Shown piece after piece: positions 52,400 to 64,000 of a stretch of DNA of 64,000 bases. The first letter of the stretch is position 1; the number at the start of each line of letters is the position of its first letter. The DNA is from Geosiphon pyriformis uo1 (Eukaryota; Fungi; Glomeromycota). The position numbers and the translations under genes are program-made. Location: assembly GCA_016748015.1 (NCBI GenBank), contig JAAOMT010000519.1, positions 300,258 to 364,257 on the forward strand, in the 5' to 3' direction. A model generated the notes under the pieces. The model worked only from the letters and a program-made list of their open reading frames with translations, was not told where the DNA came from and searched no databases.

Positions 52400-53191
52400 C
52401 ATTATATGGCATGGAACAAGTGAATCACTTAAAGAAATAGAAGCTAAAAATCTTTCCAAGCTTCCAGAGCTTTTCGGTTCAATTTTTGGTTTACATTCTA
52501 GAAAATGATAGCTTGGCAAAAATATCAATATATCAAGTTTACTGAGTAAATACCGCATTGCAGGATTCGAACCTTATCTTCTAACAATTGAAGGAAAGAG
52601 CAAAGATAGCTTTACGCTTCGAAGCTTGGAAAGGATGTGCATAAGATTTCACAGAGGTTTTATAGGGCCAAAAAAATTCTTGAGCCTGGAAGTTTTTCAA
52701 CGAATGCTTTTAGTCATTTGGTGGCACTATTTTTGATTTTTCAGTTCGCATAGTAAAATGTCCAAATAATGATTGATACCCAACAAATTTGTTGTCGATT
52801 GATTTCAGGCATCATGTAAAGACCCGAAGTTATTCAAGCACTAATTAGCTTTGCAAATTTGGCTAGAAGAACCATGCCCAAACATAGTTTGAAGGGAATT
52901 GACTTGAAAAAAATTATTTCAACAATGAGTAAGATAGAAGCTTTCGATTCCCTCATCAATGGTACTACCATGCTAAAATCCTCAGGCTATAAAATTTTCC
53001 ACCGAGGTTCGCCGTATTGTGATATGGGAAAGCAAATTTCAATTAGTATTGATCGTAATCAAACGAATCAATTTTCACGAACAATCCCCGAAACCTGGAC
53101 TGCTTCAAAAACTTTTGGGGCTCTTGATAAAATGACCAGGTATAATTTGACAAAGGGAAAAAATGTAAAAGACATAGGGCGAGTATTCTAA
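52400..53191 (+). pseudogene. Possible eroded coding fragment of unknown family
   Basis: GC-richer, codon-like stretches broken by stops and frameshifts, ending in a 110-codon ORF. No motif recognised. Confidence 0.25.
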
Positions 53192-53589
53192 AACAATTTC
53201 GCAAACATATTCCCCTATTTTTCTTCCGGTTTTTTGTTAGAATAAGAAACGCCTAGATGAACTAAATTAAATCCAAGAGCTCTTGGATCGTTTACGAATA
53301 AAGTATCCGGGAAATTTATGTCTTAATTTTAAAGGAATGAAAGGACGCCAGTAACTTAAAATTTGTACCTTAATATATCTTTATGATTAAAAGAGAACTT
53401 TATAGTAATGTCAAAAAATTAAAATTAAAATTCCCTAGTCAAAGTTTTATTTATTCCCTGTCTAAATGTCTTTAATATATGAGCAATAAAAGAATAAATT
53501 CCATTTCAAAATATTGATGTTGTTGGCGAAAATATAGTCTTAAATATTTTCGGTTTTATTCCTCGAGATCCAAGTTTCTTTTTTGGTTA

Positions 53590-54727
53590 TGACACTAGAG
53601 TGGGCGGCCAAGATTATGCGAACACATTATTTTGATGAATCCGATTGAAAGTCATGATTCGTTGCCATATTCTACCACTATCTAATCTTCTAGACTTGAA
53701 CAAGTTATCAAATCTTGAACCATGTTGCGTATTAGAGGATAGATTATTGGGGTTTGGAATAATGCCTCATCATTAGAGTTTCGTGGCTTAGTTGAGATTC
53801 TTATTAGTTTTTGGAATGAAATATCCAATCCTTTTTCGAAATTCATTTAATCTAATTGTTGAATAATATATAAGGATCAAGTTAGGACGATTTTCTCAAG
53901 ATAAAAAATGATAACTTCTTTAACACATTTTCTATTTTACTAAGATCTAGCGATTGTGGAGGCCATTCCAAATTCACAATTCCAAGATTATTTTACAGTT
54001 CTTCACAAGCTTGCACTTGGATAAAACTATATCTAATATAAGGCTTCTACATGTTTCACCAGTCATAAAGTCATACGTGAGGGGGTTACATCCCCATACC
54101 ATGATAGATTTACATCCACTTTTAATGGTTGCTCGTGTATGATCAGAGTTATAAAGCTCATTTTTATGACACCATACACGAGATTTTCCCATACCAATCA
54201 GTCTTATAGAGGATTGGTTTGTCCAAAGAACATGTCACCAATCCTTTTTGGTCCAATGATTGTAGGTTTTAGCCCATTTTAACCGTTTACCTTATTACTC
54301 ATTGGTTTTTTAGGATCTAATATTGTTGGAGTTTTCATTAAAGTACAAGTGAACATAAAAGTTTGGATTTTAGTTCAGTAAGCAGATGTTTTGGCATCTT
54401 TGTTATCGCTGAAATTTTTTTTTGATTTCCTGGAGAATTCCATGTTCAGAACAATAAATTTTCGATCACTATGATTTTCATTTTAAATCACCATTTTTTA
54501 TTAATTCTAATCGTAAAAGATAATTTTTAACATAATTAGCGGACCGTTCAATAGTGCGCGCAATTTTCCGGGCTGATATATCTATTTCTTGAGCATTATT
54601 TGATGAGTATATTATATTGGGAACTGAGGAAAATATTATTTAATTGTGATAATGTGAATAATCTAACCGTTAAAAAATACAAAGATTTTTATTATTCAAA
54701 GAGAGATTAATACTTTTACCGATCCTG
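53590..54727 (-). mobile_element. Degraded Tc1/Tc3-like transposon remnant
   Basis: Minus-strand fragments: HTH ISARKIARTIERSANYVKNY (about 54520-54590), KRLKWAKTYNHWTKKDW*HVLWTNQS (consensus WSDES), RVW...TIKSGCKSIMVWGC, HQNN..SWPP (about 53610-53640). TIR-like CAGGATCGGTAAAAGTATT at 54727-54709. Confidence 0.8.
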
Positions 54728-55040
54728 ACCTACAAGTTTCACAGTGGAGAAAATAGTTCTAGTTAAGGCATAGCTCTGTTAATTATGTACAAAACATCAG
54801 ATAAATTATTACAGCCTTTAACCTGTTGGAAATTACCAAATAATAGGATTATCGATTATCGGATATGGTCTCTGGAGATACTTTTAACTACAAGCAACAA
54901 CAGAATTAAATATCTGGCTTGAAATCCCGATTTTGTGATAACTGAAAATGCTAAAAATTTATACTTGAACCATTGATGATAAAAATGCCCCATAATTTCT
55001 TTCACCCCAACGGATCATTATAATTCTGATTCCGCCAATT

Positions 55041-56284
55041 ATGTCTTTAAACTCATCCAAGGATAATCTTTATAATATACTTTGTGACCTTTCACGTCAC
55101 TATGTAATAAAAATTTTACGCCAGGGGCCAATACCAAAACATATTGGATTTGTAATGGATGGGAATCGAAGATTTGCCAAAAAACTTCAAGTCGAAACTG
55201 GGGAAGGACATTACATGGGTTTTATAAAGTTAAAGGAGGTCAGTCGAAATTAATGTTAGTTTGTCAAACAGCTTGATTATTATGGAGTTATTAAGTCGAA
55301 GAAATGATTTTTTTAATCATGTTTGACAGATTTTGTTTTTATTGTCTGGGTTTTTTCTATTATTTTACCATTTCAGATTCTAGGTATTTGCATGCAGCTT
55401 GGCATTCAGGCTGTCACCGTGTATGCATTTAGCATTGAAAATTTTAAACGATCTAAGGCAGAGGTTAAAACGTTAATGGAGCTCGCTAGGGCAAGACTGA
55501 AAGATTTGTATGAAAATCAGTAAGTTTTGTGACCCTTTATTGCCAGATTTTATTGGAAACTATTTAAATTTACTTTTTATTATTTGAAATAGAGAGCTTA
55601 TAGATAAGTATGGTGTCTCAATACGTATACTGGGGAATACTTCTCTATTGCCTGAAGACCTGAGAAGTGAAATGGAGAAAGCTGTCGAGTTGACAAAACA
55701 TAATACGAGGTTGAAATTTTTTTCATTAGCATTTCTATTTATATTCTAAATATTTGACTAAAAAATACCATTGATTCACAATAAAATTGTTACAAGAGCA
55801 ATATTCAACCTATGCTCTCCATACGCCTCGAGTGAAGAAATGACCACTGCTATCCGAAAAATTCTCCAAAGAGTCGAGAGCGGGAAGTCAGCGATTGAGT
55901 AGGTCATTCCGACCCTATTAAATTTTTCCAATTCAAAAACTATTGCTTATTTAATAATTGGAAACCCCATAATTTCAGAGATATTAATGAAAAGCTACTG
56001 GCAGATAACCTGTATACTGCCGGATGCCCACCGCTGGAAGTTGTAATTCGTACCTCTGGTGAATCACGATTATCCGACTTTATGTTGTGGCAGGTGAGTA
56101 AAATTTCAACCGTACGCTAATGTTTTTTGATTTCTGTGCATTTTCAAATAAGACTGCCATTTTAAATAAATTCTAGTGTCATGAAAATTGCCGTATTAAT
56201 TTTGTTGATTGTCACTGGCCTGAATTTACATTATGGAAAATGTTACCAATAATCTTGGATTATCAACTTGGGTTTAGTCAATGA
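55041..56284 (+). CDS. RER2: cis-prenyltransferase / dehydrodolichyl diphosphate synthase (RER2/SRT1/DHDDS family), 6 exons
   Basis: Exons 55041-55238, 55377-55519, 55593-55709, 55797-55898, 55979-56093, 56177-56284. Motifs [52 protein letters not shown]. Confidence 0.95.
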
Positions 56285-58911
56285 TTACTTTGTTTCTCCA
56301 AGAAAATTTCAAGATCTAGTATACCAAGAATTTAATCAGCGTTTAGCTACAAGAATAAAAATTATATGACCTTCGTGATTGAAGATGTATCGTTTTACCA
56401 CTTTTCATTGAAATTGAAATTCAGCTTATAAAGACTTACGTATTTAAAAGGTAAACCTTCGTTTTTCTAAAATACTCTTTTGAACTTCATATATAAAATA
56501 AATTTTGAATTTGAAGAGAGAATAATAGCTAATTTTTTTAAAAATCTGCCAAATATGGTGATGTAGAATATTAATGTATTTGTTTCAAACGAATTAACTA
56601 AGATATTCGGACCTTAATGTTAATCATGACCCACCACCCTTACGCGTTGTAATATTTAATGATAAAATTGAAACTTATTTACTTTATTAAACTGTTAAAA
56701 TTTTTAGAAATTAAATGATTTGATATCTTTCTTGATGCTTTTTTTAAGTCAGTACATCTTATCTATTAAAAATATATAGAAAATTCAAATTAACAATCTT
56801 TAAACATGTATATGTTATGAGATCAGTTAAAATTTTTCCAAGGAATAAAGGTTGGGTTTGTCTTTAATTATTATTTTTGAAGTTGAGTTACTTGAACTTT
56901 TTCAGAGCATGGGCTTAAATTGCATATTCAGTTTTTGATTAATTTTATAATAGCTCATTATCAATTGAAATAATTTTGGGTTTTTTTTTCAAGTGAGAAT
57001 ATTTTATTCAGATTATCAACTTTGGTAAATGCAAAAATTCCAAATTAAGTTTTATTGTTCATCTTCATGATTTATATCCAAAATACAGTGAAAAAACAAT
57101 ATATGCATTTATAACATATAAATTGAAGTATTTCTGACTATAAGTTTAGATTAGAAAATTTTTTTCAAAAAAGTCCTTGTTTTTCAATAAAAATTCCTTG
57201 TATTAGAGGTAAACTTTTATTTGTTGTAGTGAGCTTAAGTATATTTGTGTTCAACCACAAATTTATCGTTAAAGATATTATCAGCATGGAATAAGTGCTA
57301 AAGTGGCTATCAAAAGTTTTCTTGACTTCTCAAACATTTTTTATTTACAAGGGAGCCAATTTATTTGGAAGAAATAACTAAATTTTTTTTTATGGGGACA
57401 AAATTTATGACAAATAAATAATTTCTTGAATCAGATTCCCACGCGTTGACCTCAGTTATTTTTTCGCCAATTGAGAATTGAAAAACTTTCATCCCAATTC
57501 ATTATTAAAAATTTTGAATCGGCATTTATTGAAACAATTCATTATCAAGCTAAAGGTTTGTTCCAATCCAACAACACTACTGTACAACCGTCCTTCTCTT
57601 CAAAATTTTAACAATTCTAATTTTCAATTGAATCGAGTTTTGCTCTGATTTTATTGATCCCAGTGACATAAATTTAAGATACGCAATAAATTCCGATTGC
57701 TTTATTTCTATAAGTAGAATTTTCGGTCTCTATAAGCAAAACTTGTTTTATTTCCAAGGTAAAGTTTATCAAGTTTTTATACCAAAAATAAAATTCATAA
57801 TATCGACCTTTGATCCTTTAAATAATTGGATTTAAACCTGATACTTTAATTTGATTAAAACAAATTTAAAATCATTTCACTTCTATGCGTATTTAATACG
57901 TCCATTTATCAAACAGATCTTTTCATTTTCAATATACCAAGTGTATAATAGAGGCGTGAAGAAATATCAGATATTATCAGTCATCTTTTGAAAAGCGGGT
58001 ACTTTATAATGGGAATACACAAAACGTCATATTCTTGTCGGATATTTTGTATTCCTTTTCCTTATAGGTAAACTGAATCTAAACTTGAATCGGATTGGTG
58101 CATCACTTTGTATTCAGTGATAAATTAAAAAGATATAGCTGGTAAACAAACAATGCAAAATATTCATTCCATCTGCAAAATAATTTCCCTTTGGGTACAC
58201 AGTGAGCGCCATGATTTTTATTTCTCGAGCAGATCGTTTTGACTAGTTCGACGAAATATTCTGATATTAGTGGGTAATCGCAAGGGTTAAGAAGAAAAAA
58301 CTTGATCGAGTCGTCAATTGATCCAATTATCCAAGATTCCCACAAAAAGTTTGATTGGTGCTTCAGGATTAAAATTATTTTGTGTTGCATTTATTTTCAT
58401 GATTTTGAAGGGCTATTCAGTCAGACAAAGTAAATTCAACGTATGACCATTTTAGCTTCAAATGTTACATTCAAGAAACTTGATCAACCATCAAGAGAAT
58501 TTCTGTGTCACTAAATCTTAGAAACGTTAACTTATTAAATAATATCATGGCGGTTTGCTTCTTTTTTTATTTCATCCCTTTTGTCGCTTGGCAATAATCT
58601 CCACCTTTTTTTTCCATTCACCTTCCTTTTTAATACTGTGTCTTTTGTCAAAAGAATTAAATAAATGCCTAATTACTCTGCATAATTCCCGGTGACAACT
58701 GACCAGTACAACTTTCCTTAAAACTTTGACTAATTTCTTTTGCCCGGAATTTTAATTTCCTTAAACATACAAATCTTTTCAATTTTGGAAAAATCAAGGT
58801 AAATCTAGGATTTTTATAAAATGAAATATAAAAACCTTCACTTTTTCAATTTCTTGGTCGCAAAAAGGTATCCTTCAAATATTAATTATTGACTGATTGC
58901 TATTTAGCACT

Positions 58912-61616
58912 ATGGACATCCTTCAAGATGATTTTATAACAATAGAAGAGGCCAAGAAAAGAAAGAGGCCTTCAAAGTTTGGTAGTTGTGGAGAATGTCG
59001 GCAACCACGCACCGGTAATCATTGGTGTCAGCCATGTAACGCTAGACGTTTGGCAGCCGCTTTTCCAAACTGGACGAGTGGCAACCGAAAAATTGATGAG
59101 TTTATACAACACACCCAACTAACAGCTACAAACAAGAATGAGCTTCTTCAATGGATCGATTTCAATCGTCTGGACGGAATCCAAAAACTTGGGACCGGTG
59201 GATATGGCACTGTTTATAAAGCGAATTGTAATTTTGGCCGTTCGTCTAATTGGCAAGTAATTCATAATCGATGGCAACGAGATTCTCGTCTTATTGTGGT
59301 CGCTTTGAAAACACTTTTAACTACTGAAGAAAATGATCAGGAGATCCTCGATGAGGTAATTGTTTATCATTAATCAAAATACTATCATTAAGAAGAAACT
59401 CGATATTAATTAAGGACATCATACTTCATAGACTTCTTTGATAATTCAGTCTATAAAAGTTCACCTAAGAGCCTTCCAATGTCATGGATTGACGCGGAAC
59501 CCAACAACCAAACAATATCTAATGGTAATTCAATACGTGTCCGGTGTTCCAAAAAATAATATACGTAACTACCTTAACCGAGGGTTTGAAGATTTGAAAT
59601 GGAAAAATAGGATCGTAAACCTTTTATATATTATTTCGGACCTAAAAGTTTTACATCAAGTTGGATTGGTTCATGGTGACCTAAACTCCGGAAACCTCTT
59701 AGTTCATGGAACCGCATTGAGCGGGATGAAAGGAAAAAAGCAGGAGGCAAAAATAAATCACGAGGATACAACTGAAGTTAAGAAAGAAGTCCGAGGCGTA
59801 ATGCCGTATGTGGCTCCCGAAGTTCTTGAAGGCCATACCTATACACAAGCTGCTGATATTTACAGTTTTGGCATACTCATGTGGGAATCAACGAGTGGTG
59901 GTGAACGACCATTTTGTGACGTACCACATGATGCTCAACTAGCAATGAGTATATGTGATGGTCTTCGTCCCAAAATTGTTGAGGGCACCCCGCGGTTATT
60001 TGTCGAACTAATGAAATGTTGTTGGGATCCGGATTATCTGAATCGTCCTACTGCTGAAGAGGTTTTTGAAATCTTGCTAGGCTGGGATGAGGATCTGAGG
60101 AATGATAACACGACAGCCGAAATATATATTCAATTTGAAGAAGCAGAAAGAACTAGAGAGCTAGAAAAGGCAAAGAAAATACCTCCACCACCAAAAAAAC
60201 CCACTCATCCATTAGCCGTTTATCATAGTCGACTACTTTCAGTCGTTTTAATTCCGAATAGTGGCAGAGTAAATGGTCGTATCGAGACGATTTATTTTGA
60301 TTCCGAAGCATCGGAAGGTAAAAAAAATAATACTTATATTTAGGCCCCAAATTTTTTTCTTAAACTTTTCAAACTTTTTGCAGATCCTGAGCCCTTTTTA
60401 CAAGACGATACTCTCAACCACCTTCAACCAGCCAAAAGTGTATCATCGCAAGCATCCGTTTACAGAAGTGGACATTCCAAAGGTTCATCCATAAGTCTGA
60501 GCAACCGAATTCAGACAATTTATTTCGATGCTGAATCACCAGGTTATTCATTTATTTTTTTGAAAATTTTGTCATTTATCATTGTTTCTTTTGACGCTAA
60601 AACTAGTTAATCAAAGTAGAAGACGATATACCAACGCCCCAAAGTCGATCTCGCTCAAAATGGAAGCGTCCTGGTGAAGGTGATGTCCCACCTTTACCTA
60701 TACCGCCAATTGTAATAGAAGCAGTAATACTCAAAGGTATGCATAATTATAATTAAACCTATTCGCCTCGGGATTATAACCCATAAAGTTATTTTTATTT
60801 GACCGCAAATCTCAATCAGATGAGAATCCAGTTGTTGAGGATTCTTTGATTTCACTATCGCCTAGCGAGAATCTTTCGGTACCTAGCGAATATTCTGGAT
60901 CACAAAAGAGCGAAGATGCTATTGCATGTAAAGGAAAGGAAAGTGATTATGCAAAAAAGTTTAGTTGCGAATCACTAAGAGGTAATGATCTTTGAGGGTT
61001 TTACATGATTTTTTCAAATCTCAGACTAAACTCTGGTTTTCTCACATCAGAGCTTGGATCAGTGGTATCAAAAAAACCCTATCGTTCAAAAAGCTACAGT
61101 CCAGTTAATCGTCGATCAATACCGACGCCAAAAAGATCTTATCAAATGTGTAAGTCAATTGCACACGTTCCTCCCACCATCACTGTTGTTAATACGGAAG
61201 ACATTAAGAAGAATGAGCAACCATCCGAATGGGTACAAGAGATGGTCTCATCTTTAGAGATTGCTCGTGAAGATAAGACTGATACGACAAATTCTACGGA
61301 ATTGATTGATGGTAAGTTTTGAAGATTAGTTGTAAATTTTTCTGAATTTTACTCATTTTTTTCATGTGTGAAAATAGAAAAAGCTAGTGTACCATCAATC
61401 AGCAGCGAAAGCGAAAATGCAAAAAAACTACCCGACACTCCTTCCAGTCTTCAGGATCAAGATACCGAATTCGAATTATTAACGAATTCAAAACCAAAGA
61501 GGTCAAGAAGATTTAAATTTGTTCGTCGAATAATCAAGAAATTTTGGCCTCGACGATTATTTAGATGTGGTGCGAGAAACAAACCATATACAAATGAAGA
61601 TTTAGAAGAATGGTAA
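58912..61616 (+). CDS. Tyrosine-kinase-like (TKL) protein kinase-domain protein, probable pseudokinase, 7 exons
   Basis: Exons 58912-59355, 59450 (or 59432)-60317, 60384-60542, 60617/60620-60736, 60820-60981, 61051-61311, 61378-61616. CGEC..WCQPC and NWTSGN N-terminus, GTGGYGTVYKA, VALK, HGDLNSGN, GVMPYVAPE, DIYSFGILMWE, CWDPD..RP; no DFG. Confidence 0.9.
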
Positions 61617-62929
61617 TCTTTAATTAAAAGCACAGCTTTTTGGATTGTATATTCTTTGATAATACATAAATATAGAACGATAAAAAAACACGCGCGGAAA
61701 AGCAAGTGTAAAATTAGCATATCAAATATTAAAAGATATAATTGAATTTTCTTCAAGATCATTTTTTAGAAGGATAAAATCAGATAAATTATTAAAATAA
61801 AAAGATTTAACTATAATTTTTTAGGCAAGTATTTTTTAAAAGTGTTCTTTCCTAACGCTGTTGAAATATGATATTTAATAACTTAATAATGCTAATTATT
61901 ACATGACCGAGGAAGAGCTATTACCGAACGAAACACGAGAAGCAATGAGATTAATCTTTGATCATTAACAAAATTAGAATGAAAGCTGTTATGACCATTC
62001 ATCTAGCATTATATATGAGAGTGGATACAATAACTTGGTACATTGCATTATTGAACGAAACATGGCGACATTGTCACAAATAATGATAGTAAGAAACACC
62101 CTAAAGCTTAAGATTTTAAATAATTTTTGCTATTTAATATGTCACCGTTCTCATTACCTCAACCAAATATATTGTCTAATTTATCTGTCTGAATTCCCGT
62201 TTTATTTTATACAACCTCTTAAAGAAAAAAAAAATAGAAATTAATTCCAAAACAAGGCTAGTTTTTTAGAATTTATTTTTGTTAATAGTTAAATTAAATA
62301 ATAGAATTTAATCTAAATGTTTAAACTGAAGAAATTTAATTTTGATATCAAATTTCGTATTTTATTGTTCAATCATTGGAAAAACATGTTTGTAAAACGG
62401 CAGCTTGGGCATTTCCTTCTCCAATTAATTGCATTGTATTGCCAATAAATAGTCACTGAAATTAAATATCTTAAAATTTAGCATGATACAATTTCCCAAA
62501 AGAATTCCTACCTCATAGTGTCATTAGGCAAATTATTAATATTATGGTGCGATCAAAATGTCGAACCAAAACTTCGGATAGCTACATGATTAATTTAAAT
62601 GATGTTTAATGGTGAAAATACATATTGACAAGATAATTTCAGAAATGAAATCCAAGAGAATGATTGAGCAAATATTATTTTACTTCGAAAGAAATGACAA
62701 TTACATAAGCTTATAAAAGATAATTTCTAATTTGGGTTCTTTGATATCTTTATATACAGACATCACTTAAAATTACCCTTTTCTCAACACCCTTAAATTT
62801 ATTTTATCATTCGATTTCTTTTCCTCAATCATATTTATCCGTATAAAATTTATTGTCGGCGACGAGCGTCATTACATATAAAGCACGTCCAAATTTAAAA
62901 CAGCATTATTAAATTTGTTTAACATGTTT

Positions 62930-64000
62930 TTAATTTCAAAAAAAATAAAATCTTTTTTTGCAATTGTATTTAATTAATAATTCATATAAAAACATAGAAT
63001 TCTTCTTTTTTAAATATTACTATAAGTAAAAATATTTATTTGCTTTTGGTTTTTTGTATAAAACCAAGCTTTTTATTTATTTTATTTCTAATTCAATAAT
63101 AAAATTTTAAATAAATAAGTTAAGCATTTTTTATTTTAATAATATATTAAATAATATTGGTTTTTCTTAATTGTTTTTTATTAACAATATGTATAACTCT
63201 ATTATTATCTATTATAATAAAATAATAATGTATTCTAAAATAAATATAATTTATGTACTTTTTATATTGTTATGGGTGATTATATAGTTTATTAGCTTAT
63301 GTAATCTAAAGGTTTCGGTTGAATTCTTTGTATAATGGACAAAGATTTACTTGATAATAGCTGGCAACACTTGGTGTCTAACTTTTTTTGGCATGGTAAT
63401 CAGTTTATTTTGGTGGTTTTCACTCTTCTGGTAAGCAATCTAATATTCAATAAGTTAATTCTACATTTATTTCTGCATCTTTTACCAGGCAATTCTTAAT
63501 ATTGTAATCTCAGCACTATTTCTTTAATCAATTAATAAAACAACAAAACAAAACAAAAAAGAAGAAAACAAATAAAATAATAAAGTATAAAATTAGTATT
63601 CTGTTAATAACCATAATCAAAAACTATTGTTCCAGTGTTGTTAAATTCTATTAATAGATGTTGTTAGCATAGACAATAAATGATTTTACCAAAATAAATA
63701 GTGATTTATGTATTTGGATAGTAAATAATTTGTGGCTGATTTTTATTAGAAGAGAATTTGTTTTAAGTGCTAAATTTTTAACTGCTGAAGTTACTTGGTA
63801 AAAATCTAATAAAAAGATTGTTTTTTCTACTTTTAATGCTATTGTTATATATACATAAATTTTTGTAATATGAGATTCTTAGAATTCTTAATAATTCTTA
63901 CACTTTTTTTAAGTTATTACTAAAATTTCTGACATTTTTGGAATCTCTAAAATTCATCTTGGTATTTTTGGAATTTTTTTTTTTTTTTTTTTTTTATTAA
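62930..64000. repeat. Extremely AT-rich, CpG-depleted eroded repeat (class not assignable)
   Basis: Same composition as the 4.3-10.2 kb and 14.4-16.9 kb eroded blocks. No clear motif. Confidence 0.35.

Noticed and set aside
52551-52625. tRNA on the minus strand (GGTTCGAATCC B-box)
   Set aside because: Only 3 bp of T-stem pair; no acceptor, D or anticodon arms.
55041-56284. Prenyltransferase as the pheromone-farnesylating enzyme of the STE3 cluster
   Set aside because: The motifs are those of a cis-prenyltransferase (dolichol synthesis), unrelated to CaaX protein farnesyltransferase.
2132-62244. Most 60-100-aa ORF-track entries (e.g. 2132, 2728, 4139, 8193, 11012, 20738, 35732, 39022, 41153, 61457)
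   Set aside because: Antisense or alternate-frame shadows of real genes, or low-complexity ORFs in AT-rich DNA, many with non-ATG starts.

Overview
AT-rich eukaryotic (fungal) DNA with short GT-AG introns (mostly 60-95 bp). The CxxC...WCxxC/NWTSGN-type tyrosine-kinase-like gene and the tandem MATA_HMG genes point to Glomeromycotina (arbuscular mycorrhizal fungi or relatives); this is inferred from gene families, not from a database match. 1-24 kb: small single-TM, secreted and GPI-type genes among heavily eroded repeats, including a Ty3/Gypsy pol remnant, a fold-back element and a TIR-bounded but inactivated pogo/Tigger-type DD35D transposon. 24-50 kb is the most interesting part: a TMEM163/CDF-type metal transporter, a 10-exon FUSC/ArAE-type exporter, a STE3 pheromone receptor, a small type-I membrane protein divergent from a ferric reductase, and four tandem MATA_HMG genes (one frameshifted). 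Two short CaaX-ending ORFs are candidate lipopeptide pheromone precursors. 50-64 kb: a Tc1-like remnant, a 6-exon cis-prenyltransferase and a 7-exon TKL kinase-like gene that lacks DFG and has repeated FFAT-like motifs. Best candidate for an undescribed system: a physically linked STE3 receptor, HMG array and possible pheromone, i.e. a mating-like or pheromone-response cluster. Exon boundaries were worked out by hand from frame and GT-AG signals and need RNA support.
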